From positions 96,001 through 160,000 of the forward strand of contig CAWCPV010000014.1 in assembly GCA_963797555.1 (NCBI GenBank): a stretch of 64,000 bases of DNA, read 5' to 3'. Below the pieces are notes generated by a model. That model saw nothing but the letters and a program-made list of their open reading frames with translations, was not told the DNA's origin and did no database searches. Each line of letters starts with the position of its first letter. Positions within the stretch are counted from its first letter, which is position 1. This stretch comes from an uncultured Gammaproteobacteria bacterium. GTDB lineage: Bacteria; Pseudomonadota; Gammaproteobacteria; CAWCPV01. Of this stretch, positions 9,654-18,815 are shown piece by piece. The position numbers and the translations under genes are program-made.

Positions 9654-10919
9654 TCACTGGGCCTGGAGTATAGATGCCGGGCTCTGCCTCCTCGCCCGCG
9701 CCTGCAGTTCCACCAGCTCTTCCTCCACCCCGGCGGCGTGCGTCAACTGGGCCACGTTGTGCTTGGCGAAGAACCCCTGGAACGAGCCGAAGCGCTGCAC
9801 GTACTCGACGATCAGAGACGAGTGCTGCGAGGCGCCCGAGAAGATCTGCTTGAGACCTTCGTCCTTGGAGCCGATCACGTCCAGCAGAAACTCCTTGCCT
9901 TGGTCGCGCAGCGCATGCACCACATACTCGATGTTTTCCATGCCGTCGCGATCGCCGTCCGCGACCCGGAAGGCGATGTGGTGCAGACGCGGGCCGTAGT
10001 TGCGCACGAAGTTCTCGGTCGGCGAGGGCAGACGCTCCAGGTGGCCGACGAAGTAGGGGGTGTTGTTGGCTGTAAAAACCTTCGCTGGGCTGCGGGTCTC
10101 GTCCGCGTGGTGCGTGCTCTTGGTGACGTTGGTGGAAGAGTTCTGATCGACGATGTCGTAGGAGCCCCAATAATAGTAGCTGGACCAGGAGAGGTACTCG
10201 AGGATGGCTACCTCGCGGTTCTGGCTGTAAACTCGGGTCGCGAGATGGTCGATGGGCTGGACGAGGTCCGCGATGCGCAACTGGTGCTGCAGCGTCTTCG
10301 CCGCCTCGTATACCTCCTGCACCTCTGCACGTATCGAGCCCAGGCCCAGGGCGTACACCCGCAGCTCGTGAGGCGGGCGCTCCCAGTACGCGACGATGTT
10401 GTGCGTGTATGGCGAGGGCTTGCTCACGGCCATGTTGCCCGGCAACTCCAGCTTGCGGATCTCGTCCTGCGAGAAGAAACGGAACTCCCGCTCCTCCTGC
10501 AGGGTGACTACGCTGTGCAGGTCGGTGACCCGCAACACCTCGCCGATGTAGCGGCAGTTGGGCCTCTTCGCCCCGATGGGGTAGACCTCGTTGAGGCTGC
10601 GAAAGATTCCGCGTGTGTTCGGGTCCTTCACCTCACGCACCAGGAAGTCGGGCGAATCCATGTTGACACGCAGGACGTGGGTCCAATGGGACTCGCTCTC
10701 CAGGGTCACGAGATAATGGTAGGGTGTCATCAGCGACAGCTCGGCCACGTACTGGACGGAGTGGCCCGGCTCCACGGTGAGCATGACCGCGTCGATCTCT
10801 CGGATCATCTCCGTCAGGCCCAGCCGGTCCCGCTCTTCCAGGAGGCGCGCCAGGTAGTCCTCGAAGAATTTGGAGTTGGTCTTGTCTCCGTTGCGGGGAA
10901 ACGCCAAAGAGTGGGTCAT
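9654..10919 (-). CDS. VOC-fold, HPPD-like metalloenzyme of unknown substrate
   Basis: C-terminal IDHLATRV, LHHIAFRV and GLKQIFS...VEYVQR...GFF parallel the HPPD 2-His-1-Glu motifs. The N-terminal half is divergent. Confidence 0.7.
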   Translation of the reverse strand: MTHSLAFPRNGDKTNSKFFEDYLARLLEERDRLGLTEMIREIDAVMLTVEPGHSVQYVAELSLMTPYHYLVTLESESHWTHVLRVNMDSPDFLVREVKDPNTRGIFRSLNEVYPIGAKRPNCRYIGEVLRVTDLHSVVTLQEEREFRFFSQDEIRKLELPGNMAVSKPSPYTHNIVAYWERPPHELRVYALGLGSIRAEVQEVYEAAKTLQHQLRIADLVQPIDHLATRVYSQNREVAILEYLSWSSYYYWGSYDIVDQNSSTNVTKSTHHADETRSPAKVFTANNTPYFVGHLERLPSPTENFVRNYGPRLHHIAFRVADGDRDGMENIEYVVHALRDQGKEFLLDVIGSKDEGLKQIFSGASQHSSLIVEYVQRFGSFQGFFAKHNVAQLTHAAGVEEELVELQARARRQSPASILQAQ

Positions 10920-10964
10920 AGGCCGGTAGGGTCCTCCCGGAGTCGTGGGTTACCCGGATGACAT

Positions 10965-10980
10965 AGCAAACTCCGTGCCT
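10965..10980 (-). promoter_or_regulatory. Putative sigma54 promoter for the VOC-pckA operon
   Basis: Minus strand AGGCACGGAGTTTGCT, near consensus, 45 bp upstream of ATG 10919. Confidence 0.7.
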
Positions 10981-11205
10981 CACGATCCGGTGCCAGGCGG
11001 ATTGTCGTCGCAAACGGCCCGAGCGCCTGATTCTGCTCGGAAAATGTCTCGGTGACGCCTCGTGGTGCGGCGTGCTCCGGGCATTTCCGGAGGCAGCCAT
11101 GGCGCCTAGTTGGTGCGATGCCGCACTGCTGCGGAGCAGGGTGCCGAGAGGACGCAGGCCAGACCACGCACTGGCCCAAGTATCGCGGGATCGGTCGCCG
11201 CTGCT

Positions 11206-11220
11206 TGGCACGGAACGTGC
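11206..11220 (+). promoter_or_regulatory. Putative sigma54 promoter for the M14 hydrolase operon
   Basis: TGGCACGGAACGTGC, 48 bp upstream of ATG 11269. Confidence 0.6.
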
Positions 11221-11268
11221 TGCCTGCATGAGCCGGAGGACTGCCTGCAAATCCTTTGAGGACAACGG

Positions 11269-12231
11269 ATGCGGATATGGCGTGAGGATGTTCTGGGTTT
11301 CGAGATGCCCTACGGCGGAGCGCGTACGGTCAGGCGTATGGCGTTCGCCGGCGCCGATCGGCCGAAGCTCGCCGTGGTGGCCGGCATCCACGGTGACGAG
11401 CTGGACGGACTCTACCTATGCCAGCGGCTCATGGCGTGGCTCGAGGGCCTGTCGCACGAACATCCGCAGGCGCTGCTCGGGAGGGTCGATCTCTACCCCG
11501 CGGCGAATCCCCTCGGGACCGATGTGCTGGCGCGCGAGATGCCGCCCTTCGAGGCTGACCTGAACCGGGCCTTTCCAGGCCGCGGCGACGGCAGTTTGCC
11601 CGAGCGTGTGGCCGAATGCCTGCTGCGCGATCTGGAAGGCAGCGCACTGGTGGTGGACGTGCACGGGAGCAATCGGTTTCTGCGGGAGATTCCCCAACTG
11701 CGCCTCCCTCCCGAGCACGCCGAGACCCTGTTGCCACTCGCCCGCCATCTCAATGTGGAGCTGGCATGGCTGCAGCCGTCGCCGCTCAGGACGACGTTGC
11801 GCAGCGTGCTCAATGCGCGGGGTATCCCGTGCATCATCGTGGAGACAGGGATTGCCCAGCGCGTGCACGCTGCCGAGGTGGAACAGCTCCTGATCGGAAT
11901 ACTGAGCACCTGCCGAGCGCTCGGTATCCTTTCCCAGGCACTGGAGCTGCCTCCGTGCTGCTACAGCGCGCACGTGGTCCGGGAAAGCGACATCTCCTAC
12001 GTGAACTCTCCTGCAGCCGGCCTGTTCGTGCCCGCAGCCGCTCACGGCAGCTCGGTGTACCAGGGACAATCGCTGGGACACATCGTTTCGCCCGAAGAGG
12101 CGCAGCCGCTAGCCGAGGTGCAGGCGCCCGTGGCCGGGCGGCTGTTTAGTCTGAGGGAGGTCCCGATGGTTTATGAAGGCTCGCTGCTCGGGCGCATCGC
12201 GGACGCCCAGGCATTGGGACAAGTCCCGTGA
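11269..12231 (+). CDS. Succinylglutamate desuccinylase/aspartoacylase (M14 ASTE/ASPA-like) hydrolase
   Basis: AGIHGDE, DLNRAFPG, VDVHG, IVETG, plus a C-terminal barrel-sandwich hybrid domain. Confidence 0.9.
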   Translation: MRIWREDVLGFEMPYGGARTVRRMAFAGADRPKLAVVAGIHGDELDGLYLCQRLMAWLEGLSHEHPQALLGRVDLYPAANPLGTDVLAREMPPFEADLNRAFPGRGDGSLPERVAECLLRDLEGSALVVDVHGSNRFLREIPQLRLPPEHAETLLPLARHLNVELAWLQPSPLRTTLRSVLNARGIPCIIVETGIAQRVHAAEVEQLLIGILSTCRALGILSQALELPPCCYSAHVVRESDISYVNSPAAGLFVPAAAHGSSVYQGQSLGHIVSPEEAQPLAEVQAPVAGRLFSLREVPMVYEGSLLGRIADAQALGQVP

Positions 12232-13166
12232 CGCGCCGGCACTTAAGACAGGTGGCGGCGCCGCTAGGCGAGGCCGATATCCCGTACCACGACCTCGGGG
12301 GGGACGGCGCGCCCCGGGCCGTTCTGGTGGCCGGGTTGCGAGGGAACGAGGTGAACGGGGTGTTCGTGCTGGCGAGACTGGCGGCGTACCTCGGCGCGCT
12401 CGGCAGGGGCGAGCAGCAGGGGCGCCTGGGCGGGCGTACGCTGATCGTTCCCGCCGTGAACGTCGCCGGCCTGCACACCTCGACCCGGACCTGGCCGGTC
12501 GACAACACCGACATCGACCAGATGTTTCCGGGCAATGACCGGGGCGAGACCACCCAGCGCATCGCCTACGCGCTCTTGGAGATGAGCAAGGGTAGCTACT
12601 TCCGGATCGATGTGCGGGGCGGCTCAGAGGGCCTGGAAGAGGTCCCTCACGTGCGTCTCGTGGAACCCCACGACGACGAACGCAGCACGGCCTGCCAGTT
12701 CGGCCTGCCGGTGGTGGAGGCGCTGCCGGAGGAGGCTCACGGGACTAGCCTGTACGCGGCCTGGCGGCCTTGGGGTGGGGAGTGCTTCGTGCTGCACGCG
12801 GGTCTGGCGGGCACCTTGCAGTTGCGTCACTGCGAGCGCCTGTTCCATGCCATCGTGGCCTTCCTGCACCGCACCGGGATTCTGCAAGACATCACCCTCT
12901 CGGAGGAGGACGACCTCCACTACTTCGGCGTCGACCAGCGTGTGACGCTCCGTGCCGAGCGGGCAGGCATGTTCGTCTCCCACCTGGACGTGGGGCGCTG
13001 GGTCCAGGCGGGCGAGACCATCGGCCACGTGTACGACGGCTTCGAGGGGGAGTTGCGGGCCGAGGTGCGGACGCCGGTATCGGGCCTGGTGAGCAGCCGG
13101 CGCAGACAACCCGTCACCTTCGAGGGTGATGTTCTGGCGCAGATCCAGCGGCCGCGATCGGGCTGA
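12228..13166 (+). CDS. ASTE/ASPA-like paralog, predicted catalytically inactive
   Basis: Same fold, but LRGNE, DIDQMFPG, IDVRGG and VLHAG replace the Zn-binding and catalytic residues. GTGA overlap with the previous gene. Confidence 0.8.
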   Translation: MTRRHLRQVAAPLGEADIPYHDLGGDGAPRAVLVAGLRGNEVNGVFVLARLAAYLGALGRGEQQGRLGGRTLIVPAVNVAGLHTSTRTWPVDNTDIDQMFPGNDRGETTQRIAYALLEMSKGSYFRIDVRGGSEGLEEVPHVRLVEPHDDERSTACQFGLPVVEALPEEAHGTSLYAAWRPWGGECFVLHAGLAGTLQLRHCERLFHAIVAFLHRTGILQDITLSEEDDLHYFGVDQRVTLRAERAGMFVSHLDVGRWVQAGETIGHVYDGFEGELRAEVRTPVSGLVSSRRRQPVTFEGDVLAQIQRPRSG

Positions 13167-13229
13167 GTCGCACTCGACGCGGCCGTTGTGCCACACTGGT
13201 GCCGCCATCACGCACCGAGTTCCCGGGCC

Positions 13230-14921
13230 ATGTCCGAGTTGCGCTTCGATCGCTACTACCGTTACGAAGACCTCTCTCGTGTCTTGCATGCCTTGCCTGC
13301 ACAATACCCCGACCTGGTTCGCATCGAGAGCATCGGTCGCAGCTTCGAGGGGCGGGATCTGTGGCTGCTGACCCTGACTCGCTTCGACACGGGCGCCGAT
13401 GCGGACAAGCCTGCCCTGTGGGTGGACGGCAACATCCACGCCGCCGAGGTGGCCGCTTCCAGCGCTTGCCTGTATTTCCTGCATCGTCTGATCACGGGTT
13501 ACGGCAGCGACCCGGACATCACTCGTTGCCTGGATACACGGGTGTTCTACGTGTGTCCGCGAGCGAACCCGGACGGAGCGGAGTGGGCACTCGCCGATCG
13601 TCCGCGCTTGGTGCGCTCCAGCACGCGCCCGTATCCGTTCCCGGACCCTCTGCCCGGTGGAATGACGCCCGAGGACGTCGACGGCGACGGTCGCATCCTG
13701 TGGATGCGGATCGCCGACCCCAACGGTCCATGGAAGAAGTGCCCCGAGGAGCCGCGCCTCCTGGTCCGACGGGAGCCTGCCGAAACCGGTGGCGAGTACT
13801 ACCGGTTGCTCCCGGAGGGGCTCGTCGAACACTACGATGGTGCGATGATCCGTCTCAAGGATAGCGAGCAAGGCCTTGACTTGAATAGGAACTTCCCAGC
13901 TCAATGGCGTCTTGAGCAGGAGCAGAAAGGGGCGGGACCCTACCCGACCTCGGAGCCGGAGGTCAGAGCCTTGGTGGAGTCCATCTGCGCTCACCCGAAC
14001 ATTACCGGCGGCGTGTCTTTCCACACGTACAGCGGCGTCCTGCTGCGCCCCTACAGCGACCGCGACGACGATGCGTTCCCGGCCGAGGATCTCTGGACCT
14101 ACGAGAAGATCGCGCAGAAGGGGACGGCGGTCACCGGCTATCGCGCGGTCTCGTCTTTCCGGGAGTTCCGCTATCACCCTCGACAGGTGACTACCGGGGT
14201 TTTCGACGACTGGCTCTATGAGCACCGCGGCGTCTTCGGCTGGACGGTGGAGCTGTGGAGCCCTCAGCGGGAGGCGGGGATCGAGGGGTACCGTTTCATC
14301 GAATGGGACCGCGAGCACGCCGTCGAAGATGATCTGAAGCTGCTCCAGTGGAGCGACCGGACGCTCGGCGGCCGGGGCTATGTCGCGTGGTACCCGTTCG
14401 AGCACCCACAGCTCGGCCCGGTGGAGTTGGGGGGCTGGGATTACTTCCACGCGCTCCAGAACCCGCCCCCGGAACTCTTGGAGAAGGAGCTGAGGCCGTT
14501 CCCCGAGTGGTTGGTCTGGCACCTGCTCATCTCCCCGCGTCTCGAGCTGTGCGAGGTCTCCGCGGTCTCCTTGGGCGGGGACCTTTACCGGATACGTCTG
14601 GTGGTCCAGAACACGGGCTGGCTGCCCAGCTATGTGACCAAACGTGCCGTGGACAAGCGGTTGGTGCGGGGCGTGCGCTGCGCGATCGAGCTGCCCGAAG
14701 GCGCGCGTCTCACCATGGGGGAGCCGGTGCAGGAGCTGGGACAGCTAGAGGGCCGTGCCTACAAGCCATCCGCCCCGAGCGGGTGGATGGCGGGTACTTT
14801 CGATACTACCGACGATCGCGTCAAGGCCGAATGGGTGGTGTGCGCCCCGACCCGCGGCACGGTGCACCTCACTGCCCGCCAGGAGCGCGCCGGGACCGTG
14901 CGAACGGCACTCCCGCTGTAG
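13230..14921 (+). CDS. M14 zinc metallocarboxypeptidase
   Basis: GNIHAAE, NPDG, DLNRNF, SFHTY, WTVELW, and a DVDGDG Ca-loop insertion. Confidence 0.9.
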   Translation: MSELRFDRYYRYEDLSRVLHALPAQYPDLVRIESIGRSFEGRDLWLLTLTRFDTGADADKPALWVDGNIHAAEVAASSACLYFLHRLITGYGSDPDITRCLDTRVFYVCPRANPDGAEWALADRPRLVRSSTRPYPFPDPLPGGMTPEDVDGDGRILWMRIADPNGPWKKCPEEPRLLVRREPAETGGEYYRLLPEGLVEHYDGAMIRLKDSEQGLDLNRNFPAQWRLEQEQKGAGPYPTSEPEVRALVESICAHPNITGGVSFHTYSGVLLRPYSDRDDDAFPAEDLWTYEKIAQKGTAVTGYRAVSSFREFRYHPRQVTTGVFDDWLYEHRGVFGWTVELWSPQREAGIEGYRFIEWDREHAVEDDLKLLQWSDRTLGGRGYVAWYPFEHPQLGPVELGGWDYFHALQNPPPELLEKELRPFPEWLVWHLLISPRLELCEVSAVSLGGDLYRIRLVVQNTGWLPSYVTKRAVDKRLVRGVRCAIELPEGARLTMGEPVQELGQLEGRAYKPSAPSGWMAGTFDTTDDRVKAEWVVCAPTRGTVHLTARQERAGTVRTALPL

Positions 14922-14968
14922 GGCGACCGTTCAACGCGGTGACTTCCCGAATGGTCAGACCGGCCGGC

Positions 14969-15844
14969 CTACTGGGGAACTACCCGTAGATCGATCTTCG
15001 GCATGACCGGCTCCTTGCCCTGACCCTTGAAGACGCCGCGCCGTGGCGCCGCGTCGTGGGAGTCGCGGCCGCAGGCAACGGCGATATAGCTGGCGTCGAT
15101 AGGCGCCCGACGCACCACATCGAAGCCTTGCCATCCGGTGCCGGGCACCAAGATCTCGGTCCACGCGTACAGTCCATAGCTGGAGGACTCACTGTCCCGG
15201 AGCGGCTCCGCGCGGTATCCGGTGACGTAACGGGCGGGGATGCCCCAGCCGCGAGCGATGCTGATCATCAGGTGCGCAAAGGCCTGGCAGTCCCCGGTCT
15301 TGTGCTGGAGCGCCGCCTCGAGGGCTGTCCCCTCGACTCCGAACTGGGGCACATACTGCATCTCGCCGGCGATCCATTGCATCCCCTGGTGGATCGCATC
15401 CGTCAGGGGCTGCGCCGGGTCGCGGCCGGGCACCGCGAAGTCCAATTCATGAGCGAGATTCGGCAGCAGCGGCGTGCTGGGACTGCGATAGTAAAGGTAA
15501 GCGAGCAGCCGCGGCTGCTCGCGGATGGTCTCGGCCAGCCACGCGTCCTCCATGGCGGGCGTCAGCGGGGTGCGCGCGGGCGGCTCGCCGTTGAGCGTCT
15601 GCACCTCGCTCGAGGTTTCGATCGTCACGTGCTCGTGGTGGGGCAGCAGACCGAAGCAATGGACGCGATTGCCGAAGGCGTCCTGCCAGCTCCACATCTC
15701 GTTCTCCGGCTGCATGTTGACCGTGGAACCGAGAAGGCGTTGCTGCCCGTCATCCCGCGGCACCATCCGCAGCTCGCAGTGGTGCTCGCGGACGGGGCCT
15801 TCGGCGAAGGTGACTTCCATGCGGTGTTCGATCAGATAGCGCAC
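14969..15844 (-). CDS. Transglutaminase-like protein with altered catalytic His
   Basis: Bact_transglu_N-like DAFGNRVH; GDCQAFAH; ARYVTGY; LYAWTE where HAW is expected; WQGFD. Confidence 0.85.
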   Translation of the reverse strand: MRYLIEHRMEVTFAEGPVREHHCELRMVPRDDGQQRLLGSTVNMQPENEMWSWQDAFGNRVHCFGLLPHHEHVTIETSSEVQTLNGEPPARTPLTPAMEDAWLAETIREQPRLLAYLYYRSPSTPLLPNLAHELDFAVPGRDPAQPLTDAIHQGMQWIAGEMQYVPQFGVEGTALEAALQHKTGDCQAFAHLMISIARGWGIPARYVTGYRAEPLRDSESSSYGLYAWTEILVPGTGWQGFDVVRRAPIDASYIAVACGRDSHDAAPRRGVFKGQGKEPVMPKIDLRVVPQ

Positions 15845-16806
15845 AGGGTTTCCTCCACGTGGGCCTCGAAGTACTCCGCCGCGAGCGCCGAGTGCACGGC
15901 CAGCACCCTTTCCAGGAACGCCTCCAGGAACTCATGCAGTCCTTGAGCGAACACTGTCTGGGGCGTGTTGCGGGTGAGTATGTCGGCAAGCCCCTGGAGG
16001 GCGCCTTGGCTCACGCTCTCCGGGCCGGGCTGTTCGATTTTTTGCACGGCACCGCTCAGGCGGTCGACGCAAAAACGCAGTGACCGCGGGAAGTCCGCAT
16101 CGAAGATGATGAACCCAGCGATATCCAGGGGTCTCAGCCCGCTCTGGTAACGGCGACGGAAGGCCTCGAACCCGGAGAGGCTCTTCAGGAGTGCCACCCA
16201 CTGATAGTAGTCCAGGGGTGAGCCCACCATGGACAGCTCGGGCAGCAGCAAATGGTACTTCACGTCCATGATGCGCGCGGTCATGTCCGTGCGCTCGAGG
16301 AAGGTCCCGAGGGTGTAGAAGCTGAATGCCTCCCCGCGCATCATGCTGCTCAGCGTGACGCCGTGGAAGCGGCCCACTTCGTCGCGCACCAGAGCGTAGA
16401 AGGGCGCCGCCCGTTCTGGAATGAGTGGCGTCTTGAGGCGCTCCGAGGCGGCGAGCCACAGCTCGTTCATCGCCTCCCACATTTCCTTGGAGATCCGGTC
16501 CCGCAGTACCCGCGCGTTCTCACGGGCCGAGCGCAGGCTGTTGCGGATGCTCCCCGGATTGGCCCGCTCCTGGGTGAGGAACTGAATCACCCGGTTCGCC
16601 GTGACCTCGCCGTCCGGATAGAGCTCGGCGTACGTCTCCTCCGACCCGGTGATGTTGAGCAGCGGCCGCCACTGGGCCTCTGCGGGGAGGGAGTCCTCGG
16701 CCTCCACCAAGTACAGGAGGTTGATCTGGAGCATGCGGGCGGTGTTGTCCGCACGCTCCAGGTAACGGGACATCCAGTGCAACGACTCGGCGATCCGGCT
16801 CAACAT
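15832..16806 (-). CDS. Alpha-E domain protein (DUF403-type)
   Basis: MLSRIAESLHWMSRYLERADNTAR, GTFLERTDMTAR, FPRSLRFC. Confidence 0.92.
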   Translation of the reverse strand: MLSRIAESLHWMSRYLERADNTARMLQINLLYLVEAEDSLPAEAQWRPLLNITGSEETYAELYPDGEVTANRVIQFLTQERANPGSIRNSLRSARENARVLRDRISKEMWEAMNELWLAASERLKTPLIPERAAPFYALVRDEVGRFHGVTLSSMMRGEAFSFYTLGTFLERTDMTARIMDVKYHLLLPELSMVGSPLDYYQWVALLKSLSGFEAFRRRYQSGLRPLDIAGFIIFDADFPRSLRFCVDRLSGAVQKIEQPGPESVSQGALQGLADILTRNTPQTVFAQGLHEFLEAFLERVLAVHSALAAEYFEAHVEETLCAI

Positions 16807-17017
16807 GGTTCGTGACTCGACTTGTGCCCAGTACCCCGCCGTCTATGCAAACGGGCGGTGCGATACGCTCCCATGGTCGGCACTCAGGGCTCGTGAAGAA
16901 ATCGTCGCTGCGCCATCACTACACTTCGGGAACACGCATGTGGCACGCTGATGTGTGGGGTCCGGTCGATCCGGCCGCAGGGTGACAAATCCCGGCCTGC
17001 GGATTTATTAGGCTCCC

Positions 17018-18463
17018 TCAGTCCATCAGCACCCACGTATCTTTGCTGCCGCCCCCCTGCGACGAGTTCACCACCAGCGACCCCTCGCGCAGCGCCACGC
17101 GGGTCAGTCCCCCGGGGACCACCTCGATGTCCTCGCCGTAGATAACGAAAGGCCGTAGGTCCACGTGGCGTGATTCTAGCTCGCCGTTCAGGTAGCAGCT
17201 GTGCACGGAGAAGTTCACCACCGGCTGGGCGATGTAGTTCCGCGGGTTCTTCTGGATGGCGTCGGAGAACTCGCCCCGTTGCTTCGGGGTGGAGGCGGGC
17301 CCCACCAGCATGCCGTAACCCCCGGACTCGTTCGCCGCTTTGACGACCATCCGCTCCAAGTTGTCCAGAACGAAGGCCTGCTCCTCCGGGTTGACCATCT
17401 CGTAAGTGGAGACGTTCTCGAGGATGGGCTCCTCCGCGAGGTAATAGCGGATCACGTCCGGCACATAGGGATAAACGGCCTTGTCGTCGGCGATGCCGGC
17501 CCCCGGTGCGTTCGCCAGAGCGACGTTGCCGGCGCGCCAGGCGTTGATGATCCCGCTGACGCCCAGAGACGAATCGCGGCGGAAGCAGAGCGGGTCGAGG
17601 AAGTCGTCGTCCACCCGCCGGTAGACCACGTCTACCCGCTGCAGGCCGCGCGTGGTCTTGGTGTAGACGGTGTTGTTCTTCACCACCAAGTCCCGGCCCT
17701 CGACCAGCTCGATGCCCATCTCCTTGGCCAGGAAGGTATGCTCGAAGTATGCGGAGTTGTAGATGCCGGGCGTGAGGACCACGACCTCGGCCTGCTCTCG
17801 CCCGCGCGGCGAGATGTGTCGCAGCGCCTGGAGAAGCAGCGCCGGGTAATGCTCCACCCGGCGCACGCGGTAGCGGGCGAAGAAGTTCGGCATGATGGAC
17901 CGCTCCAGCATGCGGTTCTCGATCATGTACGATACGCCCGAGGGGGTGCGCAGGTTGTCCTCCAGCACCACGTAGCGGCCTTGCTCGTCTCGGATGAGGT
18001 CGATCCCGCTGATGTGCGTGTAAACGTTTTGCGGGGGATCGATATCCATCAGCTCGAAGCGCAGATGCCTGCCCTGGTAAATGAGGTCGGCCGGAACCAC
18101 TCCGTCTCGGAGCACACGCTGCTCGTGATACAGATCCTTCAGGAACAAATTGAGCGCCCGCACCCGCTGCTTCAGCCCCGCCTCGATGGCGACCCATTCC
18201 TGGGCCGGGATGATGCGCGGGATGATGTCGAAGGGCCAGATGCGTTCGATGCCATCCTCCTGGTCGCCGTAGACGGTGAAGGTGACCCCCTCGCTGAGCA
18301 GGGCCAGATGCGCCTCCCTCACCTTTTCGGCGAGTGCGCTCTTGCCCGCCTTGCGGATATGCTCCCACAGCGGGAGATAGTGGGTGCGGGGCTCGAAGTC
18401 GTCCTGGAAGAACTCGTGGTAGGGGACGTCGTCCGCCTTTTCGCCGCTCTCCGGAACGTACAT
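17018..18463 (-). CDS. Circularly permuted type 2 ATP-grasp ligase
   Basis: PFDIIPR, VLEDNLRTPSGVSY, TPGIYNSAYFEH, YRRVDDDFLDP, VNSSQGGGSKDTW. Confidence 0.95.
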   Translation of the reverse strand: MYVPESGEKADDVPYHEFFQDDFEPRTHYLPLWEHIRKAGKSALAEKVREAHLALLSEGVTFTVYGDQEDGIERIWPFDIIPRIIPAQEWVAIEAGLKQRVRALNLFLKDLYHEQRVLRDGVVPADLIYQGRHLRFELMDIDPPQNVYTHISGIDLIRDEQGRYVVLEDNLRTPSGVSYMIENRMLERSIMPNFFARYRVRRVEHYPALLLQALRHISPRGREQAEVVVLTPGIYNSAYFEHTFLAKEMGIELVEGRDLVVKNNTVYTKTTRGLQRVDVVYRRVDDDFLDPLCFRRDSSLGVSGIINAWRAGNVALANAPGAGIADDKAVYPYVPDVIRYYLAEEPILENVSTYEMVNPEEQAFVLDNLERMVVKAANESGGYGMLVGPASTPKQRGEFSDAIQKNPRNYIAQPVVNFSVHSCYLNGELESRHVDLRPFVIYGEDIEVVPGGLTRVALREGSLVVNSSQGGGSKDTWVLMD

Positions 18464-18495
18464 GCTGACTCCAGTGGATGGCCCGGCAGCACTGA

Positions 18496-18511
18496 TGCAA
18501 GGTTCGCTCCA
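18496..18511 (-). promoter_or_regulatory. Putative sigma54 promoter for the ATP-grasp/alpha-E/TGase operon
   Basis: Minus strand TGGAGCGAACCTTGCA (GG-N10-GC), 32 bp upstream of ATG 18463. Confidence 0.55.
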
Positions 18512-18688
18512 GGCACCGGCGCCAGACTCGGCAGGCCGGGCGCAGAGGGTGCACTATTCATTGTCGGCCCGGATGCCGGTGTGCTCGACAAGGTCCTGCG
18601 CTAGCTCCGCGAATCCGAGCGCCAGCCGTCTCCGGCGACGGCGCGGATTCAGGCTCCAGGGCCGTGCGTGCACCGGCGCCGGCCGGCT

Positions 18689-18705
18689 TGCACCAGCATG
18701 GGGCA
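18689..18705. promoter_or_regulatory. Putative NtrC-binding site
   Basis: TGCACCAGCATGGGGCA, one mismatch to TGCACCA-N3-TGGTGCA, between two divergent sigma54 motifs. Confidence 0.6.
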
Positions 18706-18747
18706 GGCCGTATGGTGTTCGGGAGCGGGGTCGCTGCCGCGGACTCG

Positions 18748-18763
18748 TGGAATGGTTATTGCA
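18748..18763 (+). promoter_or_regulatory. Putative sigma54 promoter for the TGase-DUF2126 gene
   Basis: TGGAATGGTTATTGCA, 52 bp upstream of ATG 18816. Confidence 0.6.
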
Positions 18764-18815
18764 ACAGTCCGCCGTGGCCTCGCAGGCCCTCCGGGCGCAT
18801 GAGGAGCCCCAGCCC

